NCBI GenBank assembly: GCA_965235115.1
Contig: OZ249447.1
Location: 22,320,001 to 22,384,000 of the forward strand
DNA: 64,000 bases
DNA from: Laetmonice hystrix
Taxonomy: Eukaryota
Direction: 5' to 3'
Positions 12,907 to 22,489 of the stretch are shown here, one piece after another; positions within the stretch are counted from its first letter, which is position 1; each line of letters opens with the position of its first letter. A program made the translations under genes and the position numbers. The notes under the pieces were generated by a model that did not search any database, had not been told where the DNA came from, and saw only the letters and a list, made by a program, of their open reading frames with translations.

Positions 12907-12980
12907 TTATAACATCAATACCCTCAAGAACAACAAAACCCATATTAAGTTTCATCTTAGGTGAGCCTCTTCCGCTGCAG
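12906..12980 (-). repeat. PAT split direct repeat B1 (75 bp, internal)
   Basis: Identical to 12269-12343; lies 77 bp after the YR stop codon. Confidence 0.95.
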
Positions 12981-13056
12981 AAGTACAAAAAACGAGAGAC
13001 ACGGAGGAAAACACCATACAGTTTGTTGACAGAAAAACCTTTATCACATTGCCTTC

Positions 13057-14121
13057 TTATAAACCCAAATTCTTAGAAACGGACAACAGTGATTCCATAT
13101 TATCTTTGACATAACCGTCTTTGGATTTGTCGCTCTTCCACCTGCCGTGCCTCAATAACAATCTGTCAGCGAGACCTGCGTTTGCTGCCGCAGAGACCCC
13201 TCCTGAGCGAAGAGAATGGAGGCCTAGATTTTGAACAGAAATGCCCGCCTCCGCAAAACCTTCTAAAAATACCTCTCTACATCTTGTGTATGACAATTGC
13301 TTATTCACCTTCCTAAGTACGTATGAACCATCCTTCTTAGGAGCAATAGCACGAAAAACATATTCGTCAGCTTCAGTAATGTTGGCCAACTCAAGATAAC
13401 TTAACATGATTGTAACGGGACACAAATCAGTGCCCGTTCTGGCGATGACAACTTTATTACCATCACGTAACTGGTCCGTCTTGCTTGAAGGCAACAAAAT
13501 AATCATGTACTGACTCTCCACAACAATGTGTTTACGTTGTATCCGACTGACCTCATCAAATCGCACAAATCCGGCAAATGATACGATAGCAATGCAGAGT
13601 AATCTGACCTTTTTTAAACAATTAAAAGGGGCACACCAAATATACAACTTTTGTAGCATTTCGACAGTAACAATTTCCTTCCGAACTTTACTGCCGCTTA
13701 ACTGCCGTTTTAAGGAAGCTACGACTTCCAAAAGAAATGAGTCTTTGCCAGGATCACTCAATCCAGAAATTCTGTGCATCCAACTTATACCGGACATCGC
13801 CATCTCAATGCCTGATGGAGAATTTAAATTTGTCGCTACAGACATTACATATAGCCCCACATACAGTGGCTTGGCAGGTAACACGTCCACCTCCGTAAAA
13901 CGCTCCGCCCATCTTTTCCACCTCGAGAAAGCGTACGAGTAATTCTTAGCAGTAGAATCCGCCTTGCTTTTCACCAACACGTCAGGAAGCGCCCCGGCCA
14001 GCTTCTTCAGACTGTCATCCTTCACTTCCTTGACCTGGGCCCACACTCCTACACCTGAGCACGCAGCCTCTGCAAAATCGACACTCCAGACACCTAGATT
14101 AATACGGAATTTGCTCCTCAT
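13057..14121 (-). CDS. Tyrosine recombinase of the PAT-like element (354 aa, open)
   Basis: N-terminal core-binding region (SKADSTAKNYSYAFSRWKRW) and catalytic motifs FAGFVRFDE (R), SKTDQ (K), HSLRSGG (H-x-x-R), RHGRWKS and terminal GYVKD (Y). Confidence 0.95.
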   Translation of the reverse strand: MRSKFRINLGVWSVDFAEAACSGVGVWAQVKEVKDDSLKKLAGALPDVLVKSKADSTAKNYSYAFSRWKRWAERFTEVDVLPAKPLYVGLYVMSVATNLNSPSGIEMAMSGISWMHRISGLSDPGKDSFLLEVVASLKRQLSGSKVRKEIVTVEMLQKLYIWCAPFNCLKKVRLLCIAIVSFAGFVRFDEVSRIQRKHIVVESQYMIILLPSSKTDQLRDGNKVVIARTGTDLCPVTIMLSYLELANITEADEYVFRAIAPKKDGSYVLRKVNKQLSYTRCREVFLEGFAEAGISVQNLGLHSLRSGGVSAAANAGLADRLLLRHGRWKSDKSKDGYVKDNMESLLSVSKNLGL

Positions 14122-14331
14122 AGCACCTTAACCAACACCTGTCTTTATCCTTAACCAACACCTGTCTTTATCCTAACGGTGATATACAAACGTCATCTCC
14201 TATTCTGTACGGGCTGATTGTTATCTGTAAACATTGTTTTCTGTAAACACCCTATGTCATCTGTAGACACTGCGTCCTCTGAAAACGCCAATAAGACTTA
14301 AAACGGTCTACCATGTCCCGCCTCTTTACTC

Positions 14332-16302
14332 TCAACCTTTAAGTAAGACTACGAGGACGGAACTATTAAATTTACGTTTAGCAAATACAGATTTTATACA
14401 AGAACCTGGGTTAAAAAACCCCGTTGGATAACTGAACTCAATCAAGTCAACAACCTCCCTAATATAAATGCCATTTCTACATAAGAAAGGCCAAAAGGAA
14501 GCACTACACCATTTAGGAACAACCAAAATTCCAGAGGACTTGTCCTTTTTTATCTTCAGTATCACCTTATGAATTAAATACACGGGTGGCACCAACCACA
14601 TGTGCTCACCCGCCCATGAAAATGCAAATGCGTCCACCCCACTGGTGCCTGGACACCAATACTTGGAATAGAACCTTGATAACTTTGCATTCAAATGATC
14701 TGCAAATGCATCCACAGAGCATATGCCCCACTTGACCTGAGCAAGCTTGAAAATGTGATCACCAACTGACCAATCATCGTGGTCGAAATATCTGCTGATA
14801 GAGTCTGCCTTCTGATTATCGCTGCGTGGCAGCCATTCAAACTCCACGTGAATGTCATTCTCCACAATAAACTTATTAAAACTGAGAGCCAGCTCCTGAA
14901 GCTCTTCCACCATGCTGCCTCTGCCGGCCACACGTGCCACGTTAATATTGTCGGAATACCATTTAACGATTTGTCCCGCCAACTGAGCCTTCATTGCCTG
15001 ACATAACAACACGACAGTTTGAAACTCCCTCCATGTGGAGCTTTTGGTCTTTTCTTCTTCACTCCACCTAACAAATGTCTCTGAACCGTTAATGTCTGTG
15101 ATGAAACCGCCACAACCTTTGTCACTTGCATCAGAGTAAACAATCCTTGTATAAGTCAACTTTTCAAACAGCTTTACTTTAGGCATATTAAGCAATCTCT
15201 CTTCCCAAAATTCCAAGCTCTCAACTGTTTTTTGCGACAAACTTCCTCTTTGATCCCAAAACGCTCTACCTGCAATGTCCTGATGAATTGCCTTCGTCAT
15301 CACATACACGATGTCGCCAAATGCGGGATGTAATGCTGTAATTTTTCCCACTACTGATGCCATATATCTTGTTGTCGGCCAAAAGGATGATTTTAGAGAC
15401 CTCACTTCTGCCAGGACATTATTCAATTTGCATATATCCACATCAACAATGCCTTGATTCAAATCAAATATAAAACCCAACCATTTCAATCGTTGGACGG
15501 GTCTAAAGTGTGACTTTTCCCAGTTGATAACGAAACCCGCTTTACTGAACGTGGCAATGATGATCTTCGACCGCTCCTCCACTTCGAGCCTGGAATTACT
15601 CACACAAATGCCATCATCTAAAAATGCCACTAGACAACAATTTAACTTTCTTAGAAATGTAACGATTGCCTTAACTACATCTGTAAACACCGACCCTGAT
15701 GACACCATACCAAATGGCAACACTGTGAATTTGTAATAGCGCTTACCCCCTGCATAGTCCACAGCGAATCCAAGATACTCTTGGTGCTTATCAAAAATAT
15801 CCACGTGGTGATAACCTGATTTTAAATCAAAGGAAATCATATATCCATCTTTAACCGCATACTTGAGAAAAGTCTTTATACCTTCATATTTTCTTTTGTC
15901 ATGCCAAATAGCCTTGTTTATGTGCCTAAGGTCGAGAACCAGCCTTTTCTTACCTTTACTGCTGACTGACACAGTTAGAGGACTCACCACCTTAGGCTTT
16001 GAGTTACACAGTACCACCCTGCCAGTATTATACAACTCATCAACAGCTTCTCGAACAAATTCAATATTATCACGAGCAGATTTGTTATTTTTAAGTTCAA
16101 CCGAACATGGCAAATCTATGAAAGGGATCTTATATCCGTCCTTGATTATTTCAATTACGTTACTGTCCGCAATATTTGCGCTCCACCAGTCTAATTTGCT
16201 CTTAAGAGAACCTTTTACTTTTTCTGCTTGTTGATTTAGTTCTATCTCAAACAAATCTTCGCTACCAGAACCCAATGAGTTAGCGCAAAAGCATTCCGTC
16301 AC
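14332..16302 (-). CDS. pol of the PAT-like element: reverse transcriptase, RNase H and DIRS-type adenine methyltransferase-like domain (656 aa, open)
   Basis: RT: SPLTV..KKRLVLDLRHIN, FDLKSGYHHV, VLPFG, AFLDDG, KWLGF. RNase H: YSDAS, STWRE, WYSDN, NQKADSISR. MT: VDAFAD, GVDAFAFSW, WLVPPVYLI, LVVPKW..ASFWP. The ORF begins at GTG overlapping the gag stop; the first Met is ~155 aa in. Confidence 0.95.
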   Translation of the reverse strand: MTECFCANSLGSGSEDLFEIELNQQAEKVKGSLKSKLDWWSANIADSNVIEIIKDGYKIPFIDLPCSVELKNNKSARDNIEFVREAVDELYNTGRVVLCNSKPKVVSPLTVSVSSKGKKRLVLDLRHINKAIWHDKRKYEGIKTFLKYAVKDGYMISFDLKSGYHHVDIFDKHQEYLGFAVDYAGGKRYYKFTVLPFGMVSSGSVFTDVVKAIVTFLRKLNCCLVAFLDDGICVSNSRLEVEERSKIIIATFSKAGFVINWEKSHFRPVQRLKWLGFIFDLNQGIVDVDICKLNNVLAEVRSLKSSFWPTTRYMASVVGKITALHPAFGDIVYVMTKAIHQDIAGRAFWDQRGSLSQKTVESLEFWEERLLNMPKVKLFEKLTYTRIVYSDASDKGCGGFITDINGSETFVRWSEEEKTKSSTWREFQTVVLLCQAMKAQLAGQIVKWYSDNINVARVAGRGSMVEELQELALSFNKFIVENDIHVEFEWLPRSDNQKADSISRYFDHDDWSVGDHIFKLAQVKWGICSVDAFADHLNAKLSRFYSKYWCPGTSGVDAFAFSWAGEHMWLVPPVYLIHKVILKIKKDKSSGILVVPKWCSASFWPFLCRNGIYIREVVDLIEFSYPTGFFNPGSCIKSVFAKRKFNSSVLVVLLKG

Positions 16303-16565
16303 CTGATATTTTTCAAAACTTCGACTGCCTTCTCCGTCTTGCCTGCCTCTACTGCTCTACACGCCTCGTTTATGGTGTCTTTCACGGACGTGTTGAACTC
16401 CCATTGCACTTTGTGCCCTTTCTTCCGAAATTCGTGTACTGGCTTAAATTTCTTCAATAGTCTGGCGTTTTCAGACTTATTCTCTTCGGCCAACTCCCTT
16501 TTTAGTCCGTCGATTTTACTATCTAACTTGGCGTCCAAGAGCTGCAAAAATCGTTCTTCGTCCAT
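16299..16565 (-). CDS. gag-like ORF1 of the PAT-like element, only 88 aa and apparently truncated
   Basis: ATG 12 nt after A1. Coiled-coil MDEERFLQLLDAKLDSKIDGLKREL, then FRKKGHKVQWEFNTSV (PAT gag-like, from memory), then a stop with no Cys/His knuckle. Confidence 0.7.
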   Translation of the reverse strand: MDEERFLQLLDAKLDSKIDGLKRELAEENKSENARLLKKFKPVHEFRKKGHKVQWEFNTSVKDTINEACRAVEAGKTEKAVEVLKNIR

Positions 16566-16576
16566 TCTGAGGGAGC

Positions 16577-16771
16577 AGAAACCACGTTGTTTGTCAGCGG
16601 AGAACAAGGCCAGAATGACCAGTCGCTCCTCGGACCCTGACCACTACAACTCATGTAACCACTCGTCCGTGACGAGACGCACTCGACACAACAGCCCTGC
16701 TGTGTACTCTCGTAATTTACCAGTAATAAGAATATTATATTCTAATCTTTCAGAACCGAATATAATAGAAC
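16577..16771 (-). repeat. PAT split direct repeat A1 (195 bp, 5' terminus)
   Basis: Identical to 12712-12906. Confidence 0.95.
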
Positions 16772-17050
16772 AGATATTTCCGTGGTTGGAGCCTTGGTGT
16801 TGGTCGTGTTCACCGTTCCATCAACACGTTCGGCAGGCTGTAGAAGGCCATTAGCGTGGGACAGTAATCACAGCCTCTCCGTGCGCTCCACCAGCCAGCC
16901 GTACTTCACTGGGACCGTGGCGCAGTGATAGTGAAACCCCACGAGGACGTAACAAGTCATCCGTGACAAGACACGAGAGAGACAGCCTAACGTCACATGT
17001 GTTAGCAGTGACGGCAACATGGCGATCATAATTAGTATACATCTTGTTAA
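16772..17050 (-). mobile_element. Decayed LINE endonuclease remnant, upstream half of the sequence split by the PAT insertion
   Basis: ORF 16851-17042 reads DRHVAVTANT...LLRPRGVSLSLRHGPS..GGAHGEAVITV, like D.LAVTETW...P.GY....R..R.GGGVA. Confidence 0.35.
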
Positions 17051-17460
17051 TGTCACTGATGGCAGTTGTGGTGATAGTAAGGCCATTGGCAATATTTCCC
17101 CATCACTACCCTCCCCACTCAGTTCGTCTGGAGGGGCTGGGTGGAGAGACAGCACGTCGTGTCTGATGTTTAGTTTGGCAGTAGCTATCCAAGGCTTTCG
17201 TTAGTACGGGTGGGTGTCTGAGACCGGCCTGGGGCAGTGTTTCCTGGCACAAGGCACACCCAACATGTTTTCATTCTGTCCTCTCGTCAACATGAAATAG
17301 GTTCACAGCGACTTCAGTAACCATCGTTACAATACCAGCTACATGACCAGTCCAGTCGCAACAATGGCAACAACAGCCAGGTTGTGGTATAGGTGTAGGA
17401 TACACTGAGTCGAGTTGACTTCTTTATTTCAAAACACTAAATACAACGTGCATCCCGACA

Positions 17461-18667
17461 CACAACATCCTTGCCCAGAACCAGTACAACATCCTTGCCC
17501 AGAACCAGTACAACATCCTTGCCCAGAACCAGTACAACATCCTTGCCCAGAACCAGTACAACATCCTTGCCCAGAACCAGTACAACATCCTTGCCCAGAA
17601 CCAGTACAACATCCTTGCCCAGAACCAGTACAACATCCTTGCCCAGAACCAGTACGACATCCTTGCCCAGAACCAGTACAACATCCTTGGCGAGAACCAG
17701 TACGACATCCTTGCCAGAACCAGTACAACATCCTTGCCAGAACCAGTACAAAATCCTTGACCAGAACCAGTACAACATCCTTGCCCAGAACCAGTACAAC
17801 ATCCTTGCCCAGAACCAGTACAACATCCTTGCCCAGAACCAGTACAACATCCTTGACCAGCACCAGTACAAAATCCTTGACCAGAACCAGTACAACATCC
17901 TTGCCCAGAACCAGTACAACATCCTTACCCAGAACCAGTATACAACATCCTTGCCCAGAACCAGTACAACATCCTTGCCCAGAACCAGTACAACATCCTT
18001 GGCGAGAACCAGTACGACATCCTTGCCCAGAACCAGTAAAACATCCTTGCCCAGAACCAGTACAACATCCTTGGCCAGAACCAGTACAACATCCTTGCCA
18101 GAACCAGTACAACATCCTTGCCCAGAACCAGTACAACATCCTTGCCCAGAACCAGTACAACATCCTTGGCCAGAACCAGTACGACATCCTTGCCCAGAAC
18201 CAGTACAACATCCTTGCCCAGAACCAGTACAACATCCTTGGCCAGAACCAGTACGACATCCTTGCCCAGAACCAGTACAACATCCTTGCCCAGAACCAGT
18301 ACAACATCCTTGCCAGAACCAGTACAACATCCTTGCCCAGAACCAGTACAACATCCTTGGCGAGAACCAGTACGACATCCTTGCCCAGAACCAGTACAAC
18401 ATCCTTGCCCAGAACCAGTACAACATCCTTGGCCAGAACCAGTATACAACATCCTTGCCCAGAACCAGTACAACATCCTTGCCCAGAACCAGTACAACAT
18501 CCTTGCCCAGAACCAGTACAACATCCTTGCCCAGAACCAGTACAACATCCTTGCCCAGAACCAGTACAACATCCTTGCCCAGAACCAGTACAACATCCTT
18601 GCCCAGAACCAGTATACAACATCCTTGCCCAGCACCAGTATACAACATCCTTGCCCAGAACCAGTAC
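17461..18667. repeat. Minisatellite, 24 bp unit, ~50 copies
   Basis: Unit acaacatccttgcccagaaccagt, with 23 bp (gccagaac) and 26 bp (tatacaac) indel variants and a recurring ggcgagaac..acgac variant. Confidence 0.98.
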
Positions 18668-19492
18668 CAAAGGAGCCCTGTACACAACTGGTAAACTAGA
18701 ACAGATTCGTTCTTCATTAACCCTGCAGAAGGAGAAGAAAAATGTCTATTTTTTACATATGTACGTTTGGGACTACTATTTTATGTACGTTTGGGACTAC
18801 TATTTTATTAGGCGAGTTCCTGGATAATGCCATTCCCGTAAATTAAATGTAGCACTTAGACTCCGACGGGAGACTAGTAGTGCTCTGAAGGACATAAAAG
18901 TGAACCACAAAAACACATTGTCACACGTAGCAAACCCTCCTGCTAGCAGTTCTCCTGTCATAAACAGATTTTATGATATACTTTAGAATGGAAATGTCTA
19001 TTTGAAGGTTCCCGATGATGTATATGCAACCGTTAGGTCTGCTCTTTGCGAAATCACCCTCTGTGACAAACAACATCCTGGTAACAATGTAATTATGGAT
19101 CAGTAATTAATGAGGATTGGATTACCAGGAGATTCTCCCCCCCCCCTTCTCATATACTGTGGAGGCGGCTGCAGCAGAAGGTGAAGTTTAGGATAACAGT
19201 AACTGGAAGGTAGGCAAGATAACGGTCCGACATTACGGCCTAGTTTTACTGTAAGTCTGCATTAGGGCGACCATTAACAGCTACCTGCCCGGCTCTACAT
19301 TCACGTGAAGAGAAAGGTTGTGGATCAAAGAGGGATTGGTTGAGAAAACGGTCCGTAAACGGTGTACGTTTATATAGGGAGGTTGGTGGGTTAACAGGGA
19401 GGGAGATGAACGAATTAGCTCTAATTACTTCCGTCGTATGTAAACTTATAGCTGTTGAAATGGTTTTATAAAAACGTTAAACAAAACATCTC

Positions 19493-19611
19493 TTATGGTA
19501 TCATAGAATATGGTATCTGTTATGGTATCATAGAATATGGTATCTGTTATGGTATCATAGAATATGGTATCTGTTATGGTATCATAGAATATGGTATCTC
19601 TTATGGTATCA
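19493..19611. repeat. Minisatellite, 27 bp x ~4.4
   Basis: Unit ttatggtatcatagaatatggtatctg. Confidence 0.92.
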
Positions 19612-20908
19612 TTATGATGAGAAGACGGAGGTTAGGGTGATGGTTGTAGTCGTGGTGAGAGAGAGGGAGATAGAGGGGAGGAGGCCGGGGCAGACTGCTG
19701 AAGACGTCGTTCTGGTCGTTGTCGGTTGTCGTCAGTGGTCTGGTGCCGCGGGGTGAGAGGATGGACACAGCTGGCCCCGGCTTGGTTCGTTCACACGGAT
19801 GGCACCAAAATAATCCGCACCCACCCTCGCCCACTAACAGGACGCTGGCCGGGGTGGTGCAATCCTAGCTCTAGTAGACCAGTCATCAGACAGGGCAAGG
19901 TCTCCCGGTCAATATACACGATATATTCGGGGCACTATCCGATATACATATCCTAGATCACCACACAGAACCCTCTCTGACCACGGAAAATTGAAATCGA
20001 CTTTTTGTTTGTTTTGTGATCAGATATTAAATTTTTCCGGATCATGAAGGTTGATGATGTCAATACACGGCGGAAGCTGATGCGGCAATATTCAGGATCA
20101 GTGAATAAAAAGTCGCACACGTGTATTTCTCAGAGCAATCATTTATCAGTAAAGCAGGTTTTAAAGCTTGAGGAGTTAAACCTTGTCGTAGCAGTGGATT
20201 TATTTTACGACCGGAACGGCGGATGGAGGAGGGATGGCACTTCCCCCTCGCAGATGAAGTATCAGTGTAATTTAATGAGAAATGATCGCCATGCGGCAGT
20301 CTGCAGCAGATCCTCCGAGTCGACGAGGCGTTCAGTGAATGGCAGACTGTCTGACTCCTGTCCGGGAATTAATCTTTGCTACATTTATTCAAACACATAC
20401 GGAGAATTCAGTGTGACAAACGTAACAATCGTTAAACGCAGCCTCCTGCTAACAATGCGCTTCACGCATGGATGACAAACACAATTTTCTCCCCATTTCC
20501 GACGGTCGTTTCAAGCGTGACTTTACACATTTCCTGGTATTATATTTCAGCTCAATGTGTAATGCGTATTAACTTCTCAAATGCGAGGGTTTAAGTGGAC
20601 AGTCTGGGTGTATACCGCCTGTTAAATATATATGTTCCCCACAACATAGAAAGAAAACTGAGAAGCATTCCCTCTTTATCTGGGGAAAAAGTCTCACTTA
20701 GTATTTAATTGATTCCGTTGAGAAATAAGTATTAGGAATTCAAATGATCATTTACATGAGTACTGGAAAAGGGGAACAAAAATACGTAATATGAAGTTAT
20801 ATATTGAATTTCTAAAATGTCTTTCTAAAAAGGAACTGGTGAAGCGTTGTTGACAACTAATTACGAGATAACCCCGTCGCGTGAACACCCCCGAACCCCC
20901 ATCCAAAT

Positions 20909-21080
20909 GATGATGTGATTTGTAACTGTGAATCTAGTGGTAGTGTGAACACCACCTCAGATGATGTGATTTGTAACTGTGAATCTAGTGGTAGTGTGAA
21001 CACCACTTTAGATGATGTGATTTGTAACTGTGAATCTAGTGGTAGTGTGAACACCACTTCAGATGATGTGATTTGTAACT
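20909..21080. repeat. Minisatellite, 51 bp x ~3.4
   Basis: Unit agatgatgtgatttgtaactgtgaatctagtggtagtgtgaacaccacttc. Confidence 0.92.
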
Positions 21081-21232
21081 GATTTACCGTAAGTGTATTG
21101 ATTGGTAAGGTTTATAGTCGGGGTCATGAGGTTCCATTATATTCTGCGCACTTTTCTCCACCTGTCGTCGAAACCATTGACTGATGGTCAATTGATTGTT
21201 GCCATGTTGGTATTGATTAACCGTTAATTTCC

Positions 21233-21800
21233 ACTTGTGTATCCATGGCCACTGGGTAAACCATTAGTGAGACCTACCGCAAACACAAAGACTGCACCAC
21301 CTGACCAGATTAATATATCATCCTGAGGTTATATCCTCAAGGAACTTGTTTTAGTGCACGTATATAGGAGTATAACTTGTGTATCCATGGCCACTGGGTA
21401 AACCATTAGTGAGACCTATTGCAAACACAAAGACTGCACCACCTGACCAGATTAATATATCATCCTGAGGTTATAACCTCAAGGAACTTGTTTTAGTGCA
21501 CGTATATAGGAGTATAACTTGTGTATCCATGGCCACTGGGTAAACCATTAGTGAGACCTATTGCAAACACAAAGACTGCACCACCTGACCAGATTAATAT
21601 ATCATCCTGAGGTTATAACCTCAAGGAACTTGTTTTAGTGCACGTATATAGGAGTATAACTTGTGTATCCATGGCCACTGGGTAAACCATTAGTGAGACC
21701 TACCGCAAACACAAAGACTGCACCACCTGACCAGATTAATATATCATCCTGAGGTTATAACCTCAAGGAACTTGTTTTAGTGCACGTATATAGGAGTATA
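21233..21800. repeat. Tandem repeat, 142 bp x 4
   Basis: Units start at 21233, 21375, 21517 and 21659. Each carries the palindrome tgaggttataacctca (one mismatch in copy 1). Confidence 0.97.
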
Positions 21801-22489
21801 AGGTTTCGTGTAGGTTGGTTCAGTAATGGAACTTGCTCGAACCCTATTGTATGGGTTGTTTTAACAATGTCATTGTTATATTAATGTAGGTGTTGGTGTT
21901 GTATAGGTAAGGTTTCTGAGACTGTGGATCCACGATTTGTGTTAATGGGTGAACCCCCCTTAGGGTGCACGGGTAGTCCTTTTTGTACTTGGGCTTTAAT
22001 CTCATTGATTTAAACACGCCCTCTTACGGAGTTGCACTGAACTAGCTAAGTAATCAGACTACAGGATTAAGTCTTGGGTACAGAGAGTATGTTGAAGCAG
22101 GTGGTTAGGTTTAGGTGATCATCTCACCTGGTGATACAGGTAGAACATCGTACATGTATGTAGAAAGTAACACCATGATCAAACAATCATATAAACTTGT
22201 CTAAGTGACACGCTGCAGCGCTGTGGTACAATCGTAGTGGGGGCAGGGGTCGTGGGAGATTGACTAAAAGTCTCCCGAGGTCAGGCCGGCCGGTCCACGG
22301 GGGATGTTTAATATATGTCCCAGGTCAGACCGGCCGGTCCATGGGGAATGTTTAATATATGTAAGTACCTAAGTGATGGAGGTGAATGGGATAGACCTGA
22401 GCGACTGACTGAACAGGTCGCTCGAGTCAGTTGGGGTCAACTGTAACCAGGGGAACAATGAAGAAATTAAAACAAAACATCCTGGGAAA

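Larger units (their letters stand above)
12269..16771 (-). mobile_element. Young PAT-like DIRS-order tyrosine-recombinase retrotransposon, 4503 bp, with split direct repeats
   Basis: Element-strand layout: A1(16771-16577), gag, RT/RH/MT, YR, B1(12980-12906), A2(12906-12712), 368 bp spacer, B2(12343-12269). The A copies (195 bp) and B copies (75 bp) are identical by eye. No TSD. Split direct repeats plus a methyltransferase domain point to the PAT group rather than DIRS1 (ITR/ICR) or Ngaro (no MT). Confidence 0.93.

Noticed and set aside
14090-16305. Spliced gag-YR fusion using CAG|GTGACG (16302) and aatctag|GT (~14094)
   Set aside because: The donor is phase 2 and the acceptor needs phase 1, so this pair is out of frame.
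12705-16854. + strand ORFs 12705-13076, 13526-13942, 15863-16234 and 16339-16854
   Set aside because: They are antisense shadows of the PAT ORFs. The shared peptide KPRCLSAENKARM simply reflects the duplicated A repeat.
17415-18827. Long ORFs of 400-470 aa in several frames ([23 protein letters not shown] repeats)
   Set aside because: They are products of a stop-free 24 bp minisatellite. Frames switch at 23 and 26 bp variants, and both strands are open, as expected for non-coding repeats.
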